From Isurus oxyrinchus (taxonomy: Eukaryota), in the NCBI GenBank assembly GCA_026770705.1, contig JANJGN010000119.1, positions 930,001 to 994,000 of the forward strand: DNA of 64,000 nucleotides, in the 5' to 3' direction. Of this stretch, positions 38,601 through 51,399 are shown in pieces. How positions within the stretch are numbered: the first letter of the stretch is position 1; each line of letters starts with the position of its first letter. The notes under the pieces were generated by a model. That model worked only from the letters and a program-made list of their open reading frames with translations, was not told where the DNA came from and searched no databases. The position numbers and the translations under genes were made by a program.

Positions 38601-39860
38601 GTCATTCTACTCGTACCAGTTTGGCAAACCAGAAATGACCTTTTAGTCCGACTCCCTGTTTCCTGTTAGCTAATCAATCATCTATGCATACTAATATGCT
38701 ACCACCTACATGACGAATTTTTATCTTGTTATCTTTGTAATATCTTTGATGTGACAACTTTTCAAATTACTTTTCGAAATCTAAGTGCACCAAATCTACA
38801 GATTCTCCTTCATCACTTTTCATGTTACTTCCTCAAATAAATCTAATACATTAGCCACATATGATTTCCAATCCGCTGGAACTTTCGTGAATCTAGGGAA
38901 TTTTGGAAGATCACCATCAATGCAACTACTCTGTCTGCAGTCACTTGATCTAAGACCCTATGATGAAAGCCATCAAGTCACGGGACTTGTTAACCTTTTG
39001 TTCTAACAGTTGCCCAAATATCTTTTCCCTCATAACTCTGATTGTTTTAAGTTCCTGCTTTCTTTTTATCTCTTGATTTTCAAGTGTTTTTGGGATGCTT
39101 CTTGTGTCTTCGACTGTGAAGACAGAAACATAACACCTCTGCAATATTCTGCCATTTCATCATTTTCATTATTAGTTTCCAACCGTCACCCTCTCAGGGA
39201 CCTATGTACAGTTTAGTTCTCGTTTCCTATATATATTTTTGGAGAACCACTAAGAACCTTTGTACATTTAACTGGCGTTCTCTCATATTCTGCTGATTAT
39301 ACTCACCTTTACTATGGTGTAATTATTTAATCCAGTCTCATTGAACATTCCCAAGTCTCCAATAGCCGTTTTGTGGTTAGCACTAGAACAGATTCACTAA
39401 GAAATTGTCTTGAATACACTCTATGAACTCATCTTTCAAACAACCTTTGCCATTCCGCTTCATCCAATATGTATGAAGATTAAAATAACCCGCGGTTATT
39501 GCAGCACCTTTCTTACATGCGCCCATTATTTTTTTCCTGTGTATTCTGTCCGAAGGTGTGAAGGTATTAGGGACCTATAAGCTACTCCAACATGGACTGT
39601 GGCCGTTCCAGAAGGCATCTCACCACAACTTTCCAAAGTACAATTAGGGATGGATAATAAATGTTGGCCTAGCCAGAGATGCCTAGATCCCACGAATGAA
39701 TAAAAAAAGTGACATTTTATCTTTGCTAACTCTTATTTCTATACAAACAAATTCTACATCTTGATCTTCTGAACTAAGGTCATCTCTGACTACTGTGCTC
39801 ATGTCATCAGCTATTAACAGAGCGACCCAACCGCATTTTCCTAGCTTCAGCCATCTAATC
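35700..39860 (-). mobile_element. Cluster of nested decayed CR1 LINE fragments
   Basis: Several 3' ends (ataagaacagaataactaggagcagg; gaggagcaggaacc), RTRGHSLRI..FFTQRV, VAKFANGAKIG and endonuclease region; includes a 15-bp x3 tandem at 35778-35825. Confidence 0.85.
38211..38283 (-). pseudogene. tRNA-Thr pseudogene (anticodon reads GGT)
   Basis: Minus strand ..TATGGCTTGAGCGGCTGAAACAACTGTCTGGTAAACAGAAGATCCTGAGTTTGAATCTCAGCAGTGCT matches vertebrate tRNA-Thr(AGT); followed by a T run. Confidence 0.75.
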
Positions 39861-40159
39861 CCTGTTCTCTTTTTCGCAAATAATTGGCCTCAGTGACCGG
39901 AGACAGCCACCCAAGTCTGAGGAGGAGGGGCGACCTCGCTATATTCCCCTACTCCCGAGAAAAAAAATATCTTTGGGGCTGGCATCCCATAGCCTAGTGG
40001 TCAGAGAGAGAAATAACATGAATTAAATTAAATTTTATTTTCATTCATAGCTAACACTTATAATAATGGACAGTGTTTTTAATACTCGCAACAATGCTCA
40101 AAATGTATTGTTCAATATTAAGTTATCCTAAACACAATCTGACGCAGTATGGTAATTAC

Positions 40160-40324
40160 TCCAGTTTCTGTATTTTACAGTCAGCTCTCCTCAGAGTTAC
40201 AGACCGTCGTTCCACTTCTGTATCTCCGATTATTTGGTGTTGCCGGTCCTGATCTGCCATTGATCGATTAAAAATAGAGGCAAGTTCCTCAGTACAAGAG
40301 TCTGTCATATCAGTACCCCATGGG
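40160..40324 (-). pseudogene. NLR/ribonuclease-inhibitor-type LRR exon remnant
   Basis: WGTDMTDSCTEELASIFNRSM..IIGDTEVERRSVTLRRADCKIQKLE|gtaatt; acceptor AG lost; truncated next exon LWDASPKD near 39990. Confidence 0.75.
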
Positions 40325-40559
40325 TTGCGGGGTGGGGGAGGGTTCGATAGAGAAAACATAACAGGAATCAGAATAAATTTGCAGTTTTTTTCATGGAACG
40401 TAACTAATTAAAATAATAATATACATTGTGGAACATTCAAGAAACACAACTTCAAAGCAAAAAAAAAACTATAATTAATACTATCGACGTGAAATATAAA
40501 GGAATATTCTGTAAATAGTCAGCCTGTGAGACAGTATATGTGAAGGGAGAAAAAAAAAA

Positions 40560-41255
40560 CCAGAATCCCGTAGGCGGGCGCATGCCTGACCCAAGCAGGC
40601 ATGAAATCGTGCGAGATGATGTCGGACGAGCGTCCTGACGTCATCGCGCACTCGTGCGACATTTCGCTAGGCGGGCAGGCACAAACGTTGAAGAGATCCC
40701 GTGGACAAAAAAAGCGGGAAATTAAACCCATTAACGTCCCAATTGTCAGCGGGTTTCCGTGGCCCATCCAACCTTACGTTGGGGGACCAACCAATCGACC
40801 AGGCGACCTTTAGATTCTTGATGAAACATCATCCAAGGGAGGGATTAAATCTCCATTAGGATTTGCAATAAAAATAAATATCTTGGGACTTTTTCTGTGA
40901 GATCTGCTTTCAGGTGCTTGATTGTGCTGCATGGACAGTTTTGCAGCAGCTTTTGTGCTTTATTTTATTATTTGGAGGTCTGCAGCTCTCTGAGGCATCT
41001 GTCTGCCTTCACGGAGCTCACTGGAAGCGCTCACCAGCACTTACAGTGCCGTCGGTGCAGCACTCCGCGCGCCCCCCACCCCCCTCCCAGCGGCAGTGCT
41101 GAGCTGTTCCCCGGGTACGCTTCACACTGGCTGGCTCTCAATTGGCCAAGCAGCGTAAGATCATGGTCGTAGGGCTGAACGGGCAGAAGCGCATTTCACT
41201 TCCGCTCCCAGGCTCCCCGATCGTGCACAAGACAAGGGAAAAATTCAGGCCAGTG
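40560..41255. mobile_element. Non-autonomous Harbinger-type MITE
   Basis: CpG-rich element ending gggaaaaattcaggcc, interrupting a Penelope tail. Confidence 0.55.
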
Positions 41256-41419
41256 TTAATGTTTCAGTTTGATGAGTAAACATTAGAATTGGGAAAAACA
41301 GGGACTTGACTGGTTTTAAGTGACAGTAAATTGCGGGGAAGGGGGAGTGCATAATTGAAGTGCACCGATTATAAACATGACAAAATTGGTGACAGTACAA
41401 AACAAATCACAGGACTCGG

Positions 41420-42080
41420 CACCTTAAACCCGTGTCACTCGTATGCGGACATGGAGGGAGGATAATAAAGGAATGGAGTTTGTGATGGGGAGAAAGATAA
41501 TGGCTGTGAGAACAGCACACAGTGTTAGGCTTACAGCCTGACATGTGACTAAGTATAAAAGTGAACTTGGTCAATAGGGCTTACCCACCCAGCCACTGGA
41601 ATTCCCATGGAGAAGCACTGGCTGTCAAAACATGTCAGCTTCTCTGTGGAGAGACCCCGTCAGTGAGAGTTGACTCCTGTGCTGTCGTGATTCAGTGGGT
41701 GCAAGCGGGAAACATCCCTGTGGCTGCAAGATGGACAGCCAGGCTGTCACCAGCGAAGCCTCGTGCATGCCTTTGATGGGTGAGTAACAAAGGAAATTTA
41801 CGTTCCCTTTAGAAGAGAGCACGCAATTTCGGGGAATAATCCAAGATGTGTGGCTACTTTCAGATCCAGTCAACCTTAAACCAATGGAAGATGAAATGCT
41901 GGAGCTGGGGAGGGCAATCACTGACGGTGAGATGGCTGTGGAGCTGAGAGAGTGAATGGTGCAATGTAAGGACACAGGAGAGCCTTGGAGACTACAAAAC
42001 ATAGAGATCATGTATCAGTCCCTAGTCACATGGAGTAGTATGAAGGAAATATTGGAATGCGCATTGCCTTAAAATCACTC
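41420..42080 (+). mobile_element. HARBI1-like transposase remnant
   Basis: RAYPP.., IPVAARWTARL vs LPVAVKVTAALNF, acidic EDE C-terminal segment. Confidence 0.4.
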
Positions 42081-42404
42081 TCCTCCCTCTTACAACTCAA
42101 GGGCTGTGATTGGGGGACAGCCGTACACCTCTGAGGAGGAGGGGAAGACCTCTGGGTGCACCGTCACATTATTCTGCCACACCCTCGGCACAAAAATCTG
42201 TTGGATGACACCTCATAGACTGGGGATTAGAGAGAGAGAAATAAGAGGAGGCAGAGGAAATGCAGTTTTATTTATATTAATAACATAATCACTGACATTA
42301 ATAATAATGGACAGTGTCTTTTTATTTTTCTAATAACACTGCTGAAAATGTATTGTTAGACATTCAGTTAATATCAACATAATCTCACACAGTTTGGTAC
42401 TTAT

Positions 42405-42575
42405 CTGAATCTCTGGATTTTACAGTCCAAGTTCCTTGGAGTCACAGACACTAGTTTCACTCCTGAGTCTCCCAGTCGATTAAAGCACAGGTCCAGATCT
42501 GTCAGTGACTGGTTTGTACTGAGAGCAGAGGCAAGATCCTTGGCTCAAGAATCTGTGAGATTGTTACTCTGCAGG
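42405..42575 (-). pseudogene. NLR-type 171-nt LRR exon remnant
   Basis: ccag|C LQSNNLTDS*AKDLASALSTNQSLTDLDLCFNRLGDSGVKLVSVTPRNLDCKIQRF; exactly 171 nt; donor GT>AT; truncated next exon near 42212. Confidence 0.85.
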
Positions 42576-42829
42576 CTGGAGATAAGGGAGAGAAATCAAA
42601 CAGGAGTCAGGGTAAATCTCCGTTGTCTGAGGGAACACTATTAATGACAATAGTAATGTACTGTGTGAGACAGTCTATTATATAAAGGGAAAATACTATT
42701 GATGATGAAAATCTGAAACATAAATAGAAAGTGCTGGAAATACTCAGCAAGTCAGACACTATATGTGAAGAAAGAATTAGAGATAATAGTTTGAATTTTA
42801 AGCTGACCCGCCAGTGGCTTTTTAAGCAA

Positions 42830-43565
42830 TGAGTAAGAGTAAAATTTTTCGGCTGGGCTTCCCACCAGCAGGAACCTCTCAGCGATTGACGCTGGGGTGG
42901 GTGGGGCCACAGACGGGCCACCCACCCTAGCCCCAGTTGAGGCCCTAAAGCGGCCAGTTATTGATCACCTGAGGGAAGTTTCCCACCCAGCCCCAATTTT
43001 TAGTTTGGCAGGAGGGTTTCCTGCGTCTGGTGGAAGCCCAAAAAAACCGGGTTGAGGAAGGGGAGGGGGCGGGGAGGTTTCTCCATCAGAAGCCCCCTTT
43101 TAACGACAGGCATCCCTCATATCCCCCACATCCAGCTGCCCCACCAAGGTCCAGTGGACGCAGGAACCCCATCCATCCGTCAGTCCACCTCTTCCCTGAC
43201 ACCCCAATCGCCTACTGTCCAGCCCCCACGCCTTTCTTATCCTCCCAATCCTGAGACCACCAAAACCTACCTTTTTCTGGACTCCCAGTACTTAGTCTCT
43301 GGGGAGTGCATACTGGCTCAGTCCTGTACGCAGCAGCTTCAGGCATTGCATGAACTTGTGAACTGCCGGCCAATCTGATAGTCTGGCAGGTCTCAGAGGC
43401 AGGACCTCCTCCCAAACAGGGTTGAAAAACTGAACCCTCAGGATAAATGTCTGATGCTGTACCGACTGAGCTACCCAGGCTTCCTTTCACCTGCTTCCCA
43501 CAGCCGCCTTCACTGTCCACCAAGAGGCATTACAAACTTTTGTATTTTTTTTTGGGAATTCTGTT
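42830..43565. mobile_element. Non-autonomous Harbinger-type MITE
   Basis: GC-rich element with gtaaaattttt end and ggccctaaagcggccagttattg motif. Confidence 0.45.
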
Positions 43566-43699
43566 TTTTTTTATTCATATTGCCGGCATTCATGCTACTC
43601 TGCTTTACATCCTGAAAGGATGGCGAAATCAGGATCAATCGGGATTTAAATAGAACTAATTTACAGCGTGATTGGGAAAAGCTGGATTGTGGAACATAA

Positions 43700-44000
43700 T
43701 TGACAGATCTCTCAGTGCTGATTTACGACAGAGTAAAGTTCAATCAACACTGCCTCGTCAAACGATCACGTGGCCAGGAACAGCACGGCATTATGTATAA
43801 CTTAAAGCTCCATCTACATTAACCCATCAAACAACTGAAAGATGAACGCTGCAATAACTGCAGATTAAAAATAAATTAACACAATCTCCTCAAGTTCTGC
43901 AAGGACAGGAAGGGCACCGGATTGGACACCGGTTATGTATCCCTCGACATCCCATTAAACATTACAATTGCACGTATATTAAAAGTTTAGGTACAGCATA
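43700..44000. repeat. Highly decayed tandem repeat, about 68-bp unit
   Basis: Recurrent acagcacgg..agagtaaagctcc..tacac...catcaaaca units. Confidence 0.5.
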
Positions 44001-45090
44001 AATGTGTACGTATGGTGGACAAGATAAGGTCTGGGGTACTATGTGGTCTATCAATTGATGCACTCCGGCCCGCCGCTGGGTCCAGCAAATTCCGAACAAA
44101 GAAAAACTGCTGAATATGTATCATATTGCACGTTTAACAAAAAGTCTTCTCTCTGCGGTGCACTGTTTCTGCGTGCTTTGTTCCTCAGTGACGTTCGCTA
44201 ATTCTTATGTGACCATGACAGCGTGTTGCCATGTTCGAACACAAAAATGTTCTAATCCTAAATCAAAGTTAACAATAAGCGCCTTAAGAAGAGCAGACGT
44301 TCAGTGCCGAATGTTCACAAATTCTGGAGCTCTAAATGATTTTCACGAATGTCCTTGAAACAAATTGGTGCTTCATTTGTAAAGATTGTGTAGAGGTGTT
44401 CAAAGATCAAAACTTGAAACGGAATTATATGTATAAATATGCATTAAATATTCGTATGCAAAAAAAAAGCAGATTCTTTATTCACGAGACTATCGGTGGA
44501 GCTGAATGGTATTGCGAGCACCAGCTATGTGATACACGTAACCTTGCCAGGACAGTTCTCTGAAATATAATTTATAAACGAAGTGGTGGTTGAATCTCCT
44601 GGAACTTTGCCCAGATGAAAAGGGACCGTTCGCGAGCCATTGCTTTTCGAAGCAAAGTATTGTGGGAACTGTCGGTGATAACTTTGCAATTCTTGGCCTG
44701 CAGAGGAAAATAAATCAATAAAAGTATCTTATTTAATTCTGGTATTTTGCATTGACGCTTTTGAGAATTGTAATGCCCAGGGCAGTTATAGATTTCCATT
44801 TGAAGTATAACAGAAAAATGTAAAACTCACTGAAGCATTGGTCTCCATTCAGCTCTATAACGCGGAAGGATTTGATAGAGGTTGTAAGTCAGTAGATGTC
44901 AAATTAGGAACTGAGTGGGAAACATCGGCAATGTAATCATCGAGAAAAACTGCAAGCCTGATATTGCCAAACAGAGTTGATTACTGAAAGGAAAACCATG
45001 ACAAATTTGGACAAATAATTCAAGAACAGAGAATTATTTTTATATATTGCAGTACTCATCAAGACGACCTGTGTAAATGTGTACTAAGAT
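43990..45090 (+). mobile_element. hAT (Charlie/SPIN/GTF2IRD2-like) transposase remnant
   Basis: RRADVQCRMF..CFICKDCVEVFKDQNLKRNY..ASYVI vs consensus RKVDxECRVF..CLICxxxIAVFKEYNLxRHY..ASY. Confidence 0.75.
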
Positions 45091-46560
45091 CAAACCATGC
45101 CGTGGAAACCGTTCGGATGTATTGAATATCCTAAGGATCTATCCCTTCCCCCTCCATATTTCCCTTCTCCATGCTGCCCCTCGTTGACAGTATCCAAAAA
45201 TAGGGCAAATGTTTTCACATGTACACTGGTGAGATACAGCTCTACCTCACAATCCGGCCTGCCGATTCCTCCACTATGATTAAATGATCAGTCTGCTTAT
45301 CTGGCATCCAGAACTGGATGATCTGAAATTTCCTCCCATTAAATATCCGGAAAGTGGAAGGCTGGTCCCTGTTCCAAACATCGTTTCCTTCCACGCTTCT
45401 GAGGAATTGTCTGAGACAAAACAAGACTGTAAACTTAATGTTCCGTGAATAGGTTGGGCCCAAGCATTGATGCTTGCTGTACACTACTGGTCAAAGCCTG
45501 CCGACCCGACAATGATCCATTTATCCCTACGCTCTGTTTTCTGTCCATTAAACAATCCTGAGCTCATGCCAGTATATTTCGCAAATATTGTGATTTTTAC
45601 CCTCCTTTGTGACAACTTATTGAAAACGTTCCAAAAATCCAAATGCATTACATCCACTGGACTCCCTTATCACTTCTGCCAGTACCATCCTCCAAAAGCC
45701 TATTGGATTTGTCAAACATGCTTTGCCTTTCATGAATCCAAGTTGACTCTGCCCAATCACATCAGTTATCACAGACTGTATTTCGAGTTCTAGCCATTTC
45801 CCTACCCTTGGTGTCAGGTTAACAGGCCTTTGGTTCCCTGCTTTTTTTTTCTATCCCTGCTTTCTTAATTAGTGGGGACATATGTGCTGCCTCCCAATAT
45901 GCAGGCAACATTTCTATATCTATCGAATTTTGAAGGATGACCAACCATGCAAACATTATCTCTACAGCCTTCTCTTCGAAAACACTGGAATGTAATTTAT
46001 CAATTCCAGTCCTTCTAATTGTCCAGCACTACTTCTTCCCAGATACTAATTTCTTTCAGCCACTCGATCTTACCAGTCCCTTATCTCCCCATTGTTTCAG
46101 GGAGGTTCCTGTATCTTCCTCATTGAAGACAGATGCAAAATATATATATATTTTTTTTACTTTATCTGCCATTTCCTTAGTCCCAATTATTGATTCTCCT
46201 TTTTCTGTCCATGATGGACACACACTAACCTTCACTTGCCTTTACTAACCTATACGGAACTTTTCTTTTTATATACTTACATACAAATGTTACAGTCTGC
46301 TTTAATGTTCCTCAGTAGTTAACTCTCATAATATATCTACTCTCTCATTTTCAATTTGTTTTCATTCTTTAGCTGATTTATAAAATCCTCCCAATTTTAA
46401 ACCATACGACATCATTTAGCAAATTCAAACGCGCCTTCCTTTAGCCTGATAGATTCCTTAACTTCTCTTGTTATCATGGTTGCATCTGTTTTCCTAATTA
46501 CTTTTTCAACGTTAAAGTAATGTAACGTAATAGAAAACCGGGTATTATTTATTTGAATGC
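45085..46560 (-). mobile_element. Decayed CR1 LINE fragment
   Basis: RT/endonuclease-region motifs on the reverse strand (aaaatccaaatgcattacatccactgg; tctgccatttcctt). Confidence 0.75.
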
Positions 46561-46739
46561 ACTTCTCTCATCTACGACAGCCAAGTTGCCGTTCAGGAAG
46601 GAAAGACCATTGGAAATAATTGGCTAGCTCCTTCAGAGAACACGCACAGGCAAGGTGTGCCGAATGGCCTCCCTCTGTACTGCAGCATTCTACTACTGTA
46701 TAATTGATTTAGAGTCGGAAACCTACTGAGAGCCGCAAA

Positions 46740-47080
46740 GTGCTGCATTAATCCACCTGATTGCGCCGTGAAATAGTTGCTGAACTGAAGTCAATGCTTA
46801 ATCGTTATTCAATACTTCCCACTGTGCGCAAGGTCCAGCGGTGATCTCAGCAGGAACTAGATATTGGAGCATGGATCCTTTCAGTTCGTCCAGTATTAAA
46901 AGGTGGGAATCGGGCGGTATTGCGGAGGCACATTTCCGGCGAGAGCGACTCCTCACTAACACACCGGGAGCTGAAGAGTCAGGAACAAAACTTAATACCT
47001 TTCAGTGAAGCCTGTGCCAGGGATGTTTGATATGAATGTTCTTGTATGCAGCAATTTTCCGTGCAGGAAATGATCCCAAA
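46740..47080 (-). mobile_element. Possible foamy-like Gag fragment
   Basis: LVPAEITAGPCAQWEVL..LTSVQQLFHG vs PFV Gag GLSLTPGDCLTWDSAVATLFIRTHG; weak. Confidence 0.25.
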
Positions 47081-47479
47081 TTGAACATCCTCAGTGGAAA
47101 CCTTAAAGGGTCTCAATCTTTTGTTCAAATTCAGCTTGAGATTACATTGAAATGTCAAAGGCCCTTCACGGATATGATGTTACCAGAAGCGCAGTTGTTG
47201 CAAAAATCGTAATGTTAAGCAATGAGGACTGTGACTCCACATTTCACCACTGACCCCCACCCCCCGCCCCCATCTCTCCCCAGGTATAATTGCACAATAT
47301 AAGACAGGCTGTTCATAGAGATTGAAAGATTGATATCATAACGAAATGCTGTACTTCTCACATTCTTTACATCATTCAACTCCGTCTCTGCCTCACCTCA
47401 TCTGCTTCTGAAGCTCTCATCCTAAGCATTTGCTAACTTGAGACTCGACTGTCGCAACGTCTGCTCTCTGTTTCTCCAG

Positions 47480-48130
47480 CCTCCAGAAAGAGTGGTCTGG
47501 ATAAAATTGTTCCCCTTGGTGTAAAATTCAAGGGGAGGCTTCAATCTACAAATTGACCGGGTTAACCTAATTAGCACTAATGCTTGGTGTACGATATCTT
47601 GGAATGTATACGTGATGGCTTTCTACATCAGGATGTAGAGGAACCAACTAGAGAATGTGTTATTTTAGATGTAGCCTTACAGAGTGAAAAGGGGCTAATT
47701 AAAAATCTCGTTGCAAAGGACCCTTTCAGGAGGAGTGAGCACAATATGATATAATTCTAAACGACGTTTGAGAGTGTTGTATTTCAACCCAAAACTAGGC
47801 CTTTAATCTAAACATAGTAAACTGCGAAGATATGAGCAGACAAGGGGACATAGATTCAAGATAATTGGCAGTAGGTGTTAGGGGGACATGAGGGACAGCT
47901 TTTTTATGCAAAGTGTCTGGAATTCGCTACCCAAGTTGATGATGAGGCAGAAACTTGAAACTCATTTAAAATGTACATAGTTCTGCAACTTGAGTGTTGT
48001 AAGCTGCAGGATTATGGGGCGGGTGCATGAAGGTAGGTTTAGAAGGCGCACCTGGGTGTCTTCGCCTGGCATGGAAAAGATGGGCCGAATGCCCTCCTTC
48101 CATGCTGTAACTTTTCTATGGCTCTATGGT
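47480..48130 (+). mobile_element. CR1 fragments (endonuclease region and 3' end)
   Basis: gtagaggaaccaactagaga..aggagtgagcacaatatgata; tail gggccgaatgccctcc..ttctatggctctatgg. Confidence 0.7.
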
Positions 48131-48289
48131 TCATTAAGATGTTTTTAAAGCCTGCCATTGGGCCAAGGTTTTTTTTTTCAGTTGACTTAATATCTCCTTT
48201 TCTGTCTTTGTGTCATTTTTTTTTGTGATAGCTCTCTTCTTCCACATTGGGAGGTTTCCTTAAAGGCACTATAAAAATGCAACACCTAA

Positions 48290-48910
48290 GAATCGTACAG
48301 CGGATGCTGCACAGAAGGAGCATGTTGTGTCAGTACCAACTCTACATAAGAGCAATTCATCGCTGTCATTCCAATGCCTTTTCCCCATTGACCTGCAAGT
48401 ATTTTCTATTCAGGAAATGATCCAATTCTCCACTGAACGTTTAAATCTGCCTCCACTGCGCTCTCAGGCAATGCATTCCAGAGTCAAATCTTCACAAAAT
48501 AGAATTTCATCATGCTTCTTTGCTTCTTTTGCTAATATCCTTAAACCTGTGCCCTCTTTCTCTCAATTCCTCCGACAGTTTCCCCCTATCTATACTATCC
48601 TGAAGACTCATTCTTTGGAATGCTTCAATCAAATTTCCTCTCAGCCTACTCTTCTTCAAGGAGAACAGTCCCAGCCTATCCAAACTATCTATGCAAGCGA
48701 ATATCCTCATTCGTGGAACCATTCTCTTAAAACCTTTCTGCACTTTCTATAATGGCTTCACATTCTTTCTAAAGGGCGGCACTGAAAACTGGGCACAATA
48801 CTTTCGCAGTCGTCAAAGCAGTGTTTCACACAGAATCTTCCTAATTTCCTCGTTTTTGCATTCTTTTCCGCGAGAATGTGTTCCATTTGAAAAGGTGCCA
48901 CACGATGTAA
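48290..48910 (-). mobile_element. CR1 LINE 3' end
   Basis: ORF 48510-48743 LDRLGLFSLKKSRLRGNLIEAF. Confidence 0.85.
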
Positions 48911-49079
48911 TATGTTTTATTATTCAGTGAATGGGGGGAGTGGGGTGGGGGGCGGGGTGAGGTGGCAGACATAATAAGAGTTAGATAGTTGAACATGGTA
49001 TCATCAATTTGGGAGTGGAGATGTAAAAGTGTTAGGTCAGAATCTTGTGAACAACAACGGCACTTATTAACTGAAAGGC

Positions 49080-49640
49080 TGATGTGAGATTCAGGAAAGC
49101 ATTATAGGAATCTCATTTGGCACTTGCTACATTATCAATACATGGAAAGTTGGGTCATTCTTTCTGCATCATAATTTTTGACAGTGGTTGGGAATTGCAA
49201 GTGACCAAAAGGGAACGGTTCAGTAAGAAAATCTGGAAGAAGAATCTGCAAAACTCTTCACCTATCAACGATAGTGCCATGTTCGTCAGCATGGTTACTC
49301 CCAAAGTACTTCACTCGGTTTCTATTCCCGGCCATCGTTGTCAGCAACCTCTAAGTAAGCGAAGCCCTTATATTGAATTGTTCAAGTGATTTCAAGCGGT
49401 TCGGCGGCATTATAATTAGAAAACACATGCGAATCTACTTCGAATAAAAATCCATTTAAATTTTCACTCTGTCTTTTTTCACATTCTTAATAATACTGAT
49501 TTTCCGTGAACTGCACTGTGGAACCGAAATGAAATTACTCGGATTGAGTGAAATTTACCGATTCCCGGAGCATTTTGACTCTGTTGTTTCCTGCTTCTTA
49601 TTTCAATGTCAATTCCTGCTCAGCTGTTGTTGCATTCTGC
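49080..49640 (-). mobile_element. Foamy-virus-like env copy G (SU N-terminal region)
   Basis: NYNAAEPLEIT vs copy F NYDHEEPIKIY and PFV YEPHPEPIVV; LSLIGEEF vs TEMVNEEM; DFLTEPFPFG vs DVMIDFEIPLG; E*PN vs PWPK. Confidence 0.45.
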
Positions 49641-49984
49641 AGAAAACGAAGAGCATTACTGCATGCGCTGGGAATCTGCGACTAAAACAAAAAATTCTGG
49701 TAAGGTTCAGCAGGTCGGGTAACAACTGTGGAGAGAGAAAGTTCTATACATAGATCCCAGAGCTGATCCCTGAGATTCCCCACTGCACAGAAACTGCCGG
49801 CTAATGCTTTCAATTTACCGCCTTTTTTTCAGATTTATTCTTCGTAATTTCATTCCCCTCTCATTTCAATGTTTTCTATGAAACATCCAGCATTGCGCTC
49901 AGTTCGTTTCATTGTGTTTTTATTTTGTTTAGAGAATGTAGATGGTAACCTGGGGAATCTCACAGACCTGCTGTTCAGTCATAT

Positions 49985-50680
49985 AATCACACAGTAAAGA
50001 AGAGCTCATTCGGCCCATCGAGCCTGAATCAACACGTGAGAAACACCCGATCTACCTACCTAATCCCATTTACCAGCACTTGGCCCATTGACTTGAATGT
50101 TATGATGTGCCAAGTGCTCATCCAAACACATTTTAAAGGATGTGAGGCAACCTGCCTCCACCATCCTCCCTGGCAGTTCATTCCAGACTGTCACCACCCG
50201 CTGGGTAAAAAAGGCTGCCTCACAACCCTCCTAAACCTTCTGGCCCTCACTTTGAACCTGTGTCCCATCGTGCCAGAAGCTTCAAATAATGGGAACAACT
50301 GCTTCCTATCCACCCTGCCCATGCCCCGCATAATCTTGTACACCTTGATCAGGTCGCCCCTCAGTCTTCTCTGCTACAACAAAAATAACCCAAGTCTATT
50401 CATGACTTAAAAAATTCATCTCAGGCAATAACCTGCTGAAGCTCGTCTGCACACCCTCCAGTGCAATCCTTACTATAATGTGGCGACCAGAACTCCACAC
50501 AATACTCCAGCTGTGCCCTCACCAAGATTTTATGCAACTCAAACATGACCTCCCTACTTTTGTTATCTATGCCTCAATTGATAAAGTCAAGTGTCCCATA
50601 TGCCTTTTTCGCCTGCCCACTAACATGTTCCTCCGCCTTCAGATTTCTATGGTCACACAGGCCATGGTCCCTTTGTTCTC
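49985..50680 (-). mobile_element. CR1 LINE 3' end
   Basis: cattcggcccatcgag tail; cttgtacaccttgatcaggtcgcccctcagtcttct (reverse of RRLRGDLIKVYK). Confidence 0.85.
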
Positions 50681-51242
50681 TGAGTAAAAATGCAATAGGA
50701 CATGTTTGCAAATATAGAATCGAAAAAGGAAAACGTTTTACTAAGAATAGGCTGTTTTTATTTTTACATCTTAAATGTGAAGCAATCGGAGTGTACGCAC
50801 CAGCTTTCCTGAATGTCTGTGAATTTCTGTGGTCAGTTGTAGTTCTCACTTCCGGCCAGTAGTCGACACTAACCTGTGAACGGAGTTCACAGATTTGAGA
50901 GATGGAAAGTTTAATGCTTCAGTTTATATAGAATTTAGACATGGGCTCCGATCTTCCAGACAACAGTGAAGCGAAGGCGGACGCTGTTGACCACGTCTAA
51001 ATGTGCACCGTTACCTGTGTCCAATGACAGCAGACGTTAGAGGCAACTGCGGCTGCAGTCATTGAGTAATTGTTGCACGAAATCGAGGCGAAGTTACGAT
51101 CGCATCAGTGAGTATGTTATTGCTGTGTAATCGCTGTTTGATGGCATTGTCTACAGCACCGTCCATCACTTTGTTGATAATCGAAAGGAGTCTGACAGGC
51201 GGTCAAGTTAACTCTAAAAGCACACAGACTGTGCTTTAAGTA

Positions 51243-51352
51243 GTCCTGGATGCTTTTCTTTGGTTTTATTATTTTTAACCCATGACAAAATAAATATTCA
51301 ATAAGATGTCACGAATTAATGAGTTATTCCCTAAACTTCGCTTGTGCTGCAC
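51243..51352 (-). pseudogene. Orphan GPR139-like C-terminal stub (third copy)
   Basis: AAQAKFRE*LIN..; aligns with 54110-54222 (atttttaacc..tgacaaaataaatat). Confidence 0.7.
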
Positions 51353-51399
51353 AACACAAGAGCTGCCGAATTAGAAATTGAATGAAACTATGAACAGCG

